DNA of 64,000 nt from Takakia lepidozioides (taxonomy: Eukaryota > Plantae > Bryophyta): contig CM060734.1 of assembly GCA_030704615.1 (NCBI GenBank), forward strand, positions 44,330,001 to 44,394,000. The letters run 5' to 3'. The first letter of the stretch is position 1. Every line of letters starts with the position of its first letter. The notes beneath the pieces were generated by a model. It searched no databases, was not told the origin of the DNA, and was given only the letters and a program-made list of their open reading frames with translations. A program made the translations under genes and the position numbers. Below are positions 1 through 12,639 of the stretch, piece after piece.

Positions 1-294
1 ATCCATCTCCACCTTTATCCTTGCCTTAGGACACACTCTTCACTCTGTAATCTCTTTCTTTTCCGATCTAGACAAATGCTACTTACTTAAATTGTTACGC
101 TCTCGTCTCCACATGCACACCCGTAAAAGCAAGTCCTTGAAAACATACTAGAACGATCCAACTATAAGATCGCCCAATTCAGATATAGCTAATTTGACAA
201 AGCTTGTTTAACTTTGAATGGCCTGAAAGACGATGCAGACGGATTACATCAAAAAAAGTCGTGAGTAACTAAGTACTAGAACATCCAAACGAAT

Positions 295-990
295 AGTTTG
301 TTGTTAGTAAACACCGTCTCCGATTTCCTTAACTTACTATCACAGTGCAAATCGTGGCTCGTGGGAGGGAAGTACTAAAAACGAGCCCACTGTTTTACTG
401 GGCCCACCATGCTTGTTACGTACACAATCTCCAAGCAACATGTGCACCCTGCCTCGGTGTTGCAGGCCGCCAGATCCCATCTCCTTCGAATCTTTGATGA
501 CTTCACAACACCAAGTTAGAGGCAGACGATGAAGTCATCATGTACCGCATAGTGTGAAGCAGTTAAATCAGGCTGAAGACACGGCACCGCCTGCGAGCAA
601 ATTCTGCAAAAGGTGCCGGTGGATGCCATACTTATACTCGAAATTACTGTGAAGAAAGAGCCCCGATCCTGATTCTCTCTATCGATCATACCCGTGCTAT
701 GCCAACCTTACTACAAAGCTCAAGCCAACAACCCCCTCGATTTTTTCATTCTACCCTGCACGACTGTATTGTTCAGATCTAGCAAGGGATGCAGCATAAT
801 CCCTGCCGATCGTGGCATCTTGTAACCATCAAACAAGTCCCACCGAATCTCCCACCACCATGCTCGCATTGTTGGTTACCAAATTTCTGTGGAGAGACGA
901 CTTGGTGTGGCAGAGTCAAGCAGCCCTACTTGTGTGCGCCCAAGTGGGGCCTGAAGTGGGCCCTGAAGTGGGGTCCGACTGCGCAGTACT
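295..990 (+). repeat. Duplicated block, copy 1 (upstream flank of the desulfurase gene); paralogous to 9750-10437
   Basis: Collinear matches such as tatcacagtgcaaatcgtggctcgtgggaggga, gatgacttcacaacaccaagtta, ccaccgaatctccc and ccgactgcgcagta occur in both copies. Confidence 0.9.
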
Positions 991-1182
991 TATCACCGAC
1001 CGCGCTTGTGGGTCCGGTCGGGCATTTCTGGATTTTCGGGCCTTCGCCAATGCGCGGCAGTCGATGATGATGACTCCATCCCTCATCTCTCTCTTTTTCT
1101 CTCTTCACTCAAATCTCAGTCAGTTGCACGGGGATGCTCAACAATTTTGTTCGGAGCCGTTTTCTCGTCTCAAAGCTTCATT

Positions 1183-2790
1183 ATGTCGATGAATTTGAAG
1201 TACTCAGGCAGCGATGTCAGCCAGATCGGCATCCACAGGGCAGCAATGGTCAAGAGTATGTATGAGGATGTGCGTGCCAATTTCCCCTACTATGATCCCA
1301 GAAAAAAACATCCAGTGTTCATGGAGAATGCAGGTGGCAGTCAGTGTCCTTCTGTGGTGGTTGATGCCATCGGCAACTACATGAGGAATTCATATGTACA
1401 GCTGGGTGCTGGATACGAGCTCTCCAATCGGGCGACTGAGACCGTAGAATCCGCACATCGATTTATGAAGATTTTCATGAATGCGGAAGGCGTAGGAGAG
1501 GTTGCCTTAGGGCCGTCAAGCTCGCAGCTCGTTGCATCCCTAGGTGAGAGCTACGGCCGTGTATTGAATCCCGGGGATGAAGTGATTGTCCACGAAGCCA
1601 ATCACGAAGCCAATGCAGGGCCATGGGTGAACATGGCAAAACGAGGGGGGTATGGCCTTAAATTTTGGTCAGTAAACCCAGACAATTTTAAATCTAGTTT
1701 GGAGGTATTGGGGAATCTGCTTTCTCCCTCGACTAGGATCGTCGCAGTAAGTCATGTTTCAAATATTTTGGGAGAGATACTTGACGTGGAAAGCGTTGTG
1801 AAATTTGTGAAGGAGAAGGTAGGGTCGAAAAAAGTGAGAGTAGTCGTCGACGGGGTCGCTTATGCGCCCCACAGGGCTCTGGATGTTGCAAAATGGGGAG
1901 TAGATTGGTATGTGTTTAGTACATATAAAACTTATGGGCCTCATATGGCTGCCCTGTTTGGAACTTTTGACGCCTTTGATGATGTGAAAGAGGAAGGACC
2001 CAATTTTGGCTTCATCTCCCCCAGTGATCTGCCTAATAAGTTTGAGCTCGGTGGCGCTTCTCACGAGGGTTGTGCTGGGATTTTGGCAATTTCACAGTAT
2101 TTGGAAGCTTTGGCCCAAATTGGTGTGAGTGGCATTGAAACGTTGAAGTTGCAGCGCGATTCAATACTCGACGTGGGGGCCAGTAAAACCCCTCAGTATC
2201 TTGTACCTGAATCCATTGATGGTTGTATTCATGGATCGCTGGGGTCAGGTACATCACCGACAGTTCCTGATGCTAAAGAAAAAAAATTGCCAGCAACTTT
2301 GGCTAGGCTCCAGCTGCAAGAGACTAATGACCAAGCATATGTACAACATATTGATTCTGATATAGGAACTCTGGAAGCTTTCGGTCGAAAGGCTTTGTCT
2401 TCCTTTGACCGAAGTGTTGTCGAAGCTGCATTTGCCACAGCCAAACTGCTAGAGCAACCTTTGCAGAGAGCATTGCTGCAGTTTCTGAGATCAAAGACTG
2501 AGGTCGTCATTGTGGGACCAACCAATTCAGACGCGACCACCCGTGTCCCAACCATCAGTTTCGTTCACATGACAAAGAGCTCCTCGAGGATTGCGCTTGA
2601 ACTTCACAAGGCGGGGTTTGCAGTTCGCAATGGCCACATGTATGCTCACAGACTAGTCTCGACTTTGGTGACGAAGAAGAAGCTCTTTACGGATTCGGTA
2701 AATGATGGCGTTGTTAGGATTTCTATGGTGCACTACAACACTCCCCAAGAAGTAACTCATCTTATTTCTTGCTTAAATGCAGTTTTGTAG
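1183..2790 (+). CDS. Intronless PLP-dependent cysteine desulfurase-family protein (aminotransferase class V, VC1184-like subfamily)
   Basis: Uninterrupted ORF (track 1006-2790; first ATG at 1183). Motifs: FMENAGGSQCP, HEANAGPW, SHVSNILGEI, DGVAYAPHRALDV, FSTYKTYGPH (PLP lysine), FELGG, RVPTISF, RNGHMYA and VRISMVHYNT. Confidence 0.88.
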   Translation: MSMNLKYSGSDVSQIGIHRAAMVKSMYEDVRANFPYYDPRKKHPVFMENAGGSQCPSVVVDAIGNYMRNSYVQLGAGYELSNRATETVESAHRFMKIFMNAEGVGEVALGPSSSQLVASLGESYGRVLNPGDEVIVHEANHEANAGPWVNMAKRGGYGLKFWSVNPDNFKSSLEVLGNLLSPSTRIVAVSHVSNILGEILDVESVVKFVKEKVGSKKVRVVVDGVAYAPHRALDVAKWGVDWYVFSTYKTYGPHMAALFGTFDAFDDVKEEGPNFGFISPSDLPNKFELGGASHEGCAGILAISQYLEALAQIGVSGIETLKLQRDSILDVGASKTPQYLVPESIDGCIHGSLGSGTSPTVPDAKEKKLPATLARLQLQETNDQAYVQHIDSDIGTLEAFGRKALSSFDRSVVEAAFATAKLLEQPLQRALLQFLRSKTEVVIVGPTNSDATTRVPTISFVHMTKSSSRIALELHKAGFAVRNGHMYAHRLVSTLVTKKKLFTDSVNDGVVRISMVHYNTPQEVTHLISCLNAVL

Positions 2791-4310
2791 TGCTTTTGTA
2801 GCAAAACCCCCCCCCCCCACTTTTCACCATATCTACCTCTACTATTGTGATGGTGAGCACATGTTATACCGTCGTTTTATTAGTATATACGCATTGGCTC
2901 TTAGTTATGCCGGCTTTGGCCGGAGTCTTCTTCTTCTATATATGTATTTACATTTATGATCGTGAAGGGCCAATATTTCAACAGAAACCAACTGATTTGC
3001 TATTTTTTTAAAGAATTTCCAATAATGAAAAATTCAACATCACCCACTAGGTCCAAAAAGTATGAAAGATGCACCCCTACTCATCAAGGGCTTTCCGGGG
3101 GTATCAAAAGCCCAGGCGGAGCCTTGCAATTTTGGAGATCTCAATATACATAAACAAACGCATGGAATACATGCAAGCCTTGCCTTATCGTAGTTACAAA
3201 TCAGTTGTAAAATGATGATTGTAGATTTATAGTTGTTCATAATGTCACAATAGTGGTAGTGCGTTGAATAAATATTCAATGATTGTATGATAATTATCTA
3301 TTTGTACAATATAGATGTTGTAAATTTAATGTCTTGTTTCTAGTTTGTGTATTACTTTGTCATCTACATGGAGATTGTAGACTTGAAGATGAACAAATTT
3401 AGTTTTTTTAGAACGTGATAATGCTGTATATGTTAGTCCGTGTCCATTTACATGTGGCGAATCAAATGCAAATGCAAATACAAATGCATGCAAGCCACCC
3501 AAACATAGAAATGCAACAAGTTGTTCCCTTTCCAGCTCTTCCTATTTATACTCAAGGTCTATACTAGAATTAGCTTAGATAATCAACAATGCATTATGTT
3601 ATAATAATTCCATGCACTTGTGTGAGACAAACAAAGAATTTGTTAAACACTAAACGATGCAATCGCTTGTAAGCTGATCATAAAGCTCTTGCTTTGTCAC
3701 TTCGGTAAATACCAAATGACCCTTGCTGATTGCTGATTGCTCAAGAGTATTCACGATCCATACATGAACGTACGATCGTACAAGCTGTTGATCACCAAAA
3801 CATCAAAACATTAAAAACATGGGATAATTAGATACAATGAAACATGCAGAACTTGAAACAAATTATACTTACAAAAAAATTATGGAAAATTTAAGGGGGG
3901 GCTACAATAGGGTTATATTGCTTATTGCTGTCCCTACTGTCCATGTGGCATATGAGCAAATACCACCAAAGCATTTTTAGCATTACGCCTGTCGAGTTAG
4001 GTAGGTCTATAAATGGAAAAGGGTCCAAACTTGTGAGTTGCTGAATATACTGGAATCTGCCGCATGGAGAATTTTCAGCGAATTGATCGGTCCCTTGAAT
4101 CACTGTGCCTGTCAAAATGTTTGTAAACATGAATTTACAGAATTAGTGAAAGATCAATCAGGGGGATAACATTCTAGGAGGGCTTATCCACCTTGGCTGG
4201 GTGAGCGTTCCCCCAACACAAATAAAAATACAGCTGGAACAACACATGTTGAGAGAAGAATGGCCCTAGGGTTTAAGAGCTTATATATATATATATATAT
4301 ATTCTTTTTT

Positions 4311-5370
4311 TGGAGTATATTTGCAAGAGTCTATGGGAATGTGGGTGTTGAAAAAAACAAAAAAAAACAAAGTGGGTGTTGATAGTTGTGAGCAGGTGAG
4401 CAGACCGAAATTTCGGTGAACATAAAATCAAAAGTGAATATTATGTGAGCACAATTTAAAAGATTTTCAGATACAATAAATTTATATGCTCACATTAATT
4501 TATACATACGAGCAATTATTTTTGTATTTTGTTTGGATTGGAGCTTGGGATTAGGTTCCGCATCAGGGAACCACATTTTATACTATCAAGATCAATGTGT
4601 GGTTTGCCAAAGAACCAAGCCCCAGCCTATTTTCGAACTTAAACCGAACCTATATCCGAAGCCATATTAAATTGGTGCTAAACCTATAAATCTCGTCGAA
4701 CCTATAGGTTTGATTAGATTCTCGTGTCCCAACCTAAGAAAATTTGGCCGCTCACCCGCTCCTGCTCACCTACTCACCACTGCTCATCCCTGTGAACTCT
4801 CTATTATTAGAACCCCCTTCCATATATTGGAGAGTATATATATATATGTATTGGAGTATATTTGTAAGAAGTTTATGGGAATGTGGGGGTGTTGATAGAG
4901 CAGGTGAGCGGACTGAAATTTTGGATAACTACATGATGCTGAACCTAATCCCGAACCAAGCTCCAAACCAAACAAAATACAAAAACAATTGCTTGTATGT
5001 ATAAATTAATGTGAGCATATAAATTTATTATATCTAAAAATCTTAAATTGTGCTCACATAATATTCACTTTTGATTTTATGCTATCAATATCAATGTGCG
5101 GTTCTGGAACCAAGCTCGAGCCTATTTTTGAACCTATACCCGAAGACATTTAGATCGGTGCCGAACCTATAAATCTCGTCAAACCTATAGGTTTGATTAG
5201 ATTCTCATGTCCGAAGGCCGCTCACACGCTCACCTACTCACCACCACTCACCCCCCCTGGAAATGTGAACTCTCTATTATTAGGACCCCCTCCATATATT
5301 GGAGTATATATTCTTTTCTTTTCTTTTTTTGGAGTATATTTGTAAGAAGTCTAAGGGAATATGGGTGACA
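4311..5370. mobile_element. Two tandem ~500-540 bp units, each containing a MITE-like element; the internal segment is inverted between copies
   Basis: Units start tggagtatatt.g at ~4311, ~4852 and ~5330. TIR-like GAGCAGGTGAGC(A/G)G at ~4390 and ~4898 pairs with CCGCTCAC(C/A)CGCTC at ~4748 and ~5218. Segment 4421-4565 is the reverse complement of 4933-5080. Confidence 0.75.
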
Positions 5371-5543
5371 ATGCTCCTCTCCAAACGAATTCCATAAGCA
5401 CCTAAAAAGTGCATGATGTAAGAAAAATCAGATGATGATGGAGTTTTTGGTTCCTAATTTGGAATTCTGGCGGCTGGGAGTCGGAGTACACCACAGAATC
5501 TGCCAGGTTATTTCCCACTTTTTCAGCCCTCAAACCCTAATTA

Positions 5544-5868
5544 TAGTGAGAGGAGAAAATAACCTCTTTCACATTAACCTCGCAGTGAAGGCGTTGGAGA
5601 CACCCCCAAGGGAAGGGGAGAAGACCATACGAACATATCCACACCAAGTTGTAGCCCACTGGTAATGGGCACATACCACCTCGGAAGTGGTTGTGGGTTC
5701 AATCCACCGATTGGTGTCACAAAGGTGTCCACCTTCCTAGCGGAAGGCAGTAATCCTTCTGGGTGAAGAGACACCATAATTAACGCTTCCTTCAAGAGGC
5801 GTCAAATATTATTATTATTATTATTATTACGACACGATTTGACCCCAGAATCATCTGCACAGAGTGCA
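5544..5868 (+). repeat. Dispersed short repeat family; second copy on the minus strand at 43141-43290
   Basis: atagtgagaggagaaaataacctctttcaca ... gatttgaccccagaatcatct is present here and, reverse-complemented, at 43141-43290. Confidence 0.8.
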
Positions 5869-6504
5869 CTATCCAGCTACTGACTGTTGGTGAGTGCCAA
5901 CACAGTGTATTTTTTTTTCTTTTATTTGGGGAGCGAATTAGACTTTGTTATCAACAACAATATCTCGCCAAAAAAAGAAAAAAAAGAAAAATCTCTCTAG
6001 GCCGATAATCAACAAGCTACTGAAAAATGGACAACTACTATGAGTTCACCTAATTTAGAATAAACTTTGTCCTAAGAAGGTAAAATAATGAACTACTTTT
6101 TTCTTTTTTTCTTTTTTTTTCAAAAAGCCAAGTTTTATTGATAAGCCAAAAAAACAAAACCCCAATAGGCTGGACATACCAAGTGAGGTGAGGGATCAAC
6201 CGGTAACCACAACTACTAAAAAGTCTAGCTAATAAGATGTTTTTCCTCAAAATCAACTAAATTAATAGCTAGCTAACGAGATCTATTAAATTTGACTAAT
6301 TTTATCTACTCAAATTTAGAGTACTGATTTTCTGTTTTTTTAAAACAGGGTACTAGGTAATTAATTTTGAAATGAAACTATCCATTTCCTACCATGATAT
6401 CCTATCCGCTCTTACGAAAAAGCACAAGTTTTGGTTTTTGGTTTTTTCCAGGAGCAAATAACTTAACAAATGATACTTTAGTATATATATTGAGCACACA
6501 TATA

Positions 6505-6537
<33 letters not shown>

Positions 6538-9216
6538 TGATTGTAAGCAAATGGACAGCCGGCCTTCCTCCGAGTTTAATTTTTATTCTAGATATTATCT
6601 TTTATATCTATCTTAAGCGAATAAATAAATAAATAAGGGTCCCAAATTCTGACAGGGGCTAATCCTGAAGGTCGAAAAAAGGGAGATAAAGATAAAGTTT
6701 CTTTTGAAGCAACCAATGGGGAGGGGGGAGGGAGGGCACCTGTGTTGGAGTGGGTTAAATGGGAGGGCAGCATACAAGTAGGAGGGTGGGCCCTCCTTCT
6801 AGTTCTAGAGCTTTCCAGAGGCAGGATGAGGAGATGGGGAAGAGGCGATCTAGATTGATAATTGAGAGGGGTCCTTATACTAATTTCCAGCCTTGTTGAC
6901 GGATGGCGATAACTAATGGTACATATTTTTGCGGTAGGCAATATGTAAATGTCATAGAATGGATATTGAGTCTATAATATGGTATGAGATGGAGTTGGGC
7001 CAAGAGAGAACGCCCATCCCCTTCTCAATGTAGTCAAACTTGGATCTGTAGCGCAATTTCCCGTCTTGAATTTGAGATTTTTTTTTTAAAAATATTTTTC
7101 ATAGATGAACCTATATGTTTACTATAAATCTTTGAATTTTTCAGAATTGTCTCATAAAAAGTGAAATATTATGATTTTCTTAAGCTTAATGTCTTCAAGA
7201 ACTCATATAAATTACAATGAAATTCTTACCTTGGGTGTAAATCACAATGAAAAACAATTTAGTATATTTAAAAGTCAGATAAAGTTTTTAAGTTGAGAAT
7301 TCGATAGAAAAACCATGCTGAAGAACAAATCGGCTCTTGACCCATGAATTGGTTATTGCTATAAAAGATTCAATAATTGGAATTTTGATGAATCGTAAAG
7401 TGGAATAGAAACTAGACTTTATTATCTTTACTTTGTTAGTTCAACTCAAGTGCAAAAAAGATTGTTTTCAAAGTGAAAACTAAGTGTGACCAGAGAGGAG
7501 CCACGGTAGGGCCTCTTGGGCGTTTAGGTGTTAAAGAATGTCTAGGCACAACCTGGCTGGACATTGATATGGACAGTCACATCCGTGGGGTCTATCCTGC
7601 AGGGATATGGTTGGATAAGGGATTACCATCGAATTTCCGAGCGTTGAATTAGGAGAACCCAATTTTTCTTGGCTTGCCAAAAAGGCTGCCTTTTATTTTG
7701 GGCTCCTACCTCCTACCTCACTAAAAAGGAAATGAAAGCCTTTTTCAACTTTTTCCAATGAAATTGTATTCCCGGAATCATGGACGTCTTAAAATGTGCC
7801 ACTTGTCCTATAGGGACCTTTCTAGAGTTGCCAGCTTGTCTTTTCCGCCACCTTGACTGCGCGGGTAGAGTATTGAGGTGGACGGAGATCATGTACTTTG
7901 AAATAAAACCAAAAAGCAAACATAAGAACACTAATTAGAAGTTTATGTATATGCCAAATAGCTTGGTTGTGTGGTTTAATGTGGAGGCCCTGTATCATAG
8001 GGTACTGGTGGCATTGTCCAAAGAGATGAGGCCAGGTGTTGTGTGCCGGTGGGTGAGATGAGCATAGGTGGCAAAATAGTGATGTGGCCAAAACACCTTG
8101 GTTATGCACATCACCCATTATGACTAACCCAACTATACAAAGGGGGTCTAATTGGATGAACCAGACACAAAACACCAAGATTACCCAAATTATAGGGTCC
8201 CACCCCCCAAAAAGGGTATCAAGTACAATGTTGCGTTTCTTTCATTCCCACTTGTGTACATGGCAACTTCACGGTTGTATCACGGTTGCTGACGTGGATG
8301 GGACAACTGAAAGTGGTACCACTGAATCGACAGATGACCCGCCAGATCATTCCGGTCGATCTGGGCCCCTAGTAGAGCACAAACACGTACCTTAAGCCTC
8401 ATGGTACAAGTCTGGTCCGTAAGCGGCCCAGACGTTGCTTGGCCTGTTCCCATGCTCTTTACTCTATAGCATGCAGTAGCCATGTGGGCCCGCATGCTAC
8501 AGCCATCTTTGTTCGGACAGCTTGTTAGATGTCCAATTTTGTTTGCTTAAATTTTTGTTTTGGAACGATTGGTTCTTGTCTGGATTCGTCTTAGCCAAGT
8601 CATTAGGATTAAAATCCTTAAGTCATCTGATTTCACTCTTAGTTCTGCTTAAGTTCTATATGCATAGCTCTTTAAGTTGGTTTCAGAGACATTATGGTTC
8701 TGTGTCTTGTATTCTCTCCAGGTGAGAGGTAGTTCTGTCTTCGCTGCTTGCAGTGTGTGTCCCTTATGGTGTATCAGGGGTTTTAATTCTTTTTCCCCAT
8801 AATAATGTAGAATAAACTAATTAGGGCTTCAATCCCCCAGTTAACTTTAAAAAAAAAAAAAAAAAAAAAAAGTCCTTGCAAACATACTAGACCGATCAAA
8901 TGATTAGATCGTCCAATTCATATAGCTCATTGACAAAGGTTGTTTAACTTGGCTTTGGGGCGGAAAGGTTTGGCGGTGAAGACGTATTGTCTAGAGTTAT
9001 TTGACTACTACAATATCCAAACGTAAAGCACTGCGGCTGATTTCTCTTTGCAAATATTTGCTCGATATAAAGCGTAACAGCCAGCCACATGTCGCAGGTG
9101 TGCATTACACGTATTTCTTTATCTTCATATCCAAAATCTTTTCCAGGTTCACCACTTGCCACGGCCAGAAAGATAAGAAATGATGGAAAGAAAAAGAAAT
9201 CAGCCTCGGGTTTTAC

Positions 9217-9674
9217 CAGTGGAATTGGACTGGTATACCGATAAGAAACTGGTATCAATACTAGTATGTATACTGGTATGAAGTACCAGACCAATCTGGT
9301 ATCACCTCAGGCCACTACCTAGCATATACCCGTATTGGCCTGGTATCTGCTTCCTAATACTATGGACGATGCCCTACCAGTCTGGTAAGGTGGTTGAAAA
9401 TCTGGTACCTGATACCAGTACCAAATCCATATTTGTGAGGAAAACCTAGGGATCAATACTTTGAGGAACTTGAGGAATACTTTCAATGATAATACCCTGC
9501 TATCGATTTCTAAAAACTCTTGCTATTCATACCCGTAAAACACCACACCAATCAGGTATTATCCAAATCTCATATTTTTGCCAATACCAGTACCTCCCTG
9601 GTATCACAATTGGCCGGAGCCTATATACCAGTACCAGCCTGGTGTGTTCAAAATACAATACCAGTCCAACACTG
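9217..9674. mobile_element. hAT-type MITE
   Basis: Imperfect TIRs CAGTGGAATTGGACTGGTAT / ATACCAGTCCAACACTG. Degenerate 8-bp TSD ggttttac / gtctttac. Many internal GGTAT/ATACC subterminal motifs. Confidence 0.7.
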
Positions 9675-9749
9675 GTCTTTACACAAGGTAACGCCCCTCG
9701 TGTCGGGCATTACCGGATTTTCGGGCCTTCCCCTGGGGCGGTATACATA

Positions 9750-10811
9750 TAGTTTTTCCTAGTAAACATCGCCTCCGATTTCCTTGACCTATCACAGTGC
9801 AAATCGTGGCTCGTGGGAGGGAAATACAATGAACTATAACACTATTTTTCTTGGGCCCACAATGCTTGTTACACAATCTCCAAGCAATAATATGTGCACC
9901 CTGCCTTGGTGCGCAGGCCGTCAAATCCCATCTCCTTCGAATCTTCAAGATGACTTCACAACACCAAGTTAAAGTCACCAGATAGTGTGAAGCAGTGCTT
10001 AAATCAGGTTGAAGACACGACACTGCCGGCGAGCAAACCCAGACGTCTTCCTAGCTTTTCTGCAAAAGGTGCTGGCGGATGCACACTGAAACTGTGAAGA
10101 AAGAAGAAAGAGCCCTGATCCTAATTCTCTATCCATCGTACGCGGTTATCCAATCTCACGACAAGCTCAAGTGAACAATTCAGTCGATTATCATTCCACC
10201 AGCCTGCACGATTAAGTTCAGACCTTGTACTAGCTGAATGCATCATAATCCATGGCGCTCATGGGATAATGTAACGATCAAACAATTCCACCGAATCTCC
10301 CCACCACCCTGATCAGATGATCACTTCCACTTGTTGGTTACCATATAGTTCTGGGGAGACGACCCTTGGAGAGGCAGAGTCAAACAGACAAACTTGGGTA
10401 CGGTACGCCCAAAGTGGGCCTCCCGACTGCGCAGTATCACTTTCCACAACCCCCCTCCATGTTCTTTTTCTTTTTACTGTCTTTTACTGACCCAATTTGT
10501 AGTTGCTCCCGAAATCTCAGTGCCAAATGGGCCACAAAAATATCATTCTTGTGATTTGTGAACTCTCTATCATTAGAACCCCCTTAACTTATATATACGT
10601 GTAAGAAGTCTCTGGGAATATCGGTGACAATGCTTCTCTTGGAATGTTCTAGAAGCACCAAAAATGTTCAGGATGCACAAAAATTAGATGATTATGGAGT
10701 TGTTGGTTTGTAGTTGGATTGGGCTCGGAAATCTGGCCGGCACGGAGTCAGATTACATCACAGAATCTGCCAGGGTATTCCCCCCTTCCCCCCCCCCCCC
10801 TCAAACCCTAA
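9750..10811 (+). repeat. Duplicated block, copy 2: a copy of 295-990 joined to a copy of ~5264-5541
   Basis: 9750-10437 matches 295-990. 10557-10811 matches 5264-5541 (gtgaactctctat.atta; tgtaagaagtct..gggaatat.ggtgacaatgct; cacagaatctgccagg; caaaccctaa). Confidence 0.85.
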
Positions 10812-11711
10812 AATAGAGTCTCCTTGGTAAAGTTGCACCTTAAAGACCCTTATATATATATATAGTATAATGAGAAGCATAAAAAAATGGATGCAGATCA
10901 TTTTATTATCTCACATTTCCTTTAGTTTCCCACCGTATTTTTTTATGTGTTGTTTGTTCCTTGTGAAACAAAAAAACAAAAATGATAGGAATAGACAAGA
11001 TAAAGAGGAGGGAGCAATGTGGACCCTAATTATTGAGAACATCAAGTTGGAGACCTACCACAAAACCCTAAGAACCCATATGGAATTCCGCCCACAAAAG
11101 CGTCCTAAAACTACAAAGAAAATAACGGCCAGTATTTGACGTGGTGGGAGAATTTTTTTGCCGATACAAACTTTGTTGTGGGGAAGTGTTGTGCAAGCGC
11201 TTTTGATAAGCTTTTTGGATTTTCTTTTCAGCATATCTCCAGTGGTGGTAGGGCTGATGCTGATGCTGCTCTATGGTTGGCAGGTTAGACACTTTTCCTC
11301 TTGCATCATCAGGGTCCTGTTCGGTTCTGTGAGCTAATTTTTAGCAGCGTTTTTCAATACTTTCTATGAAGACTTGGTGATGATATTGAGAGGGAAAGTT
11401 GGTACACTTGGTATTTCCGGCTTAGAATCTCTGCTGAGATGAACATATCCTCACATGGTTTTCTTGAATGAGTACTTGAATGTGTTTGGCAGGGTCTGTT
11501 TGCACCACTCCTTCGTGCACTCAACTTTGAGGTTGGTTTTGCTCTTCCTGGTAACATTTGATCCCATTTATTAGATATTTTCAGAAAGAGACTGCCTACC
11601 TATGCCTATTTCCACTGACATTATTGTAGATTCTAAGTCTCTGCACACACTATCTCCCCTGTGTCTGTCTATCATTTGTTTGATTTAAGTGGATGCTTTG
11701 CAAATGCCCAT

Positions 11712-12480
11712 GCAGTAGGGCAGGTAATTCGAAGAGCGGATGGATGGAAATCCGGCGCCGGATTTCCATCCTCCAGGTAAGTCGGCGCTGCAAATTTCTG
11801 TCATGCAGGTTACTTGTGAGCGGATGGATGGAAATCCGGCGCATGATTTCCATCCGCCAGGTACAAAATTTCTGTCATGCAGGTAATTCGGAGCGCGGAT
11901 GGATGGAAATCCAGCGACGGATTTCCATCCTCCAGGTAAGTCGGCGCGCAAAATTTCCGTCATGCAGGTAATTCGAAGAGCGGATGGATGGAAATCCGGC
12001 GCCGGATTTCCATCCGCCAGGTAGGTCGGCGCGCAAAATTTCCATCATGCAGGTAATTCGGAGCGCGGATGGATGGAAATCCGGCGCCGGATTTCCATCC
12101 TCTAGGTAAGTCGGCGCTGCAAATTCGGTAGGGCGGCGCGCCAAATTTCCCTCACGCAGGTAATTCGGAAGCGGATGGATGGCCGGATTTCCATCCGCGT
12201 AGATAGGGCGGCGCGCCAAATTTCCCTCACGCAGGTAATTCCGAAGCGGATGGATGGAAATCCGGCGCCGGATTTCCATCCGCGCAGGAAGGGCGGCGCG
12301 TGAAATTTCCCTCAAGCAGGTAATTCGGAGGTGGATGGATGGAAATCCGGCGCCGGATTTCCATCCGCAAGGTTGGTTGGTATGCGGATGGATGGAGATC
12401 CGGCGCCGAATTTCCATCGAGCAGGTAAGTCGGATCGCTGGCGTATGGATATTCGGCGCCGAATTTCCATTCGCCAGAAA
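11712..12480. repeat. Tandem array (~75-90 bp units) with the palindromic core GGATGGAAATCCGGCGCCGGATTTCCATCC
   Basis: Perfect 30-bp palindrome at 11742-11771, repeated at ~11985, 12071, 12252 and 12337, with degenerate copies between. Unit lead-in is gcaggtaattc. Confidence 0.95.
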
Positions 12481-12639
12481 TTTTGATGCGCTGAATTACC
12501 TTCCTGCAGGTAATTCTGAGCGTGTCCGATTGATTTTTCGGAGAAAAACAAACCTAACTGTTTGTTTTGTGGCTGAAGTGCACTTGTAGACACGTTTTTC
12601 TTGGAATCCTTGACTGCTAGAGGCAAATCGGAACAGCCT

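Noticed and set aside
1006-1182. N-terminal extension of the desulfurase ORF from a GTG start
   Set aside because: A non-ATG start is unlikely in a nuclear gene; the first ATG is at 1183.
8229-8777. Possible solo LTR (TG…CA; its 3' end resembles ~43620-43670)
   Set aside because: No TSD, PBS or PPT could be identified. It is probably a repeat but cannot be classified.
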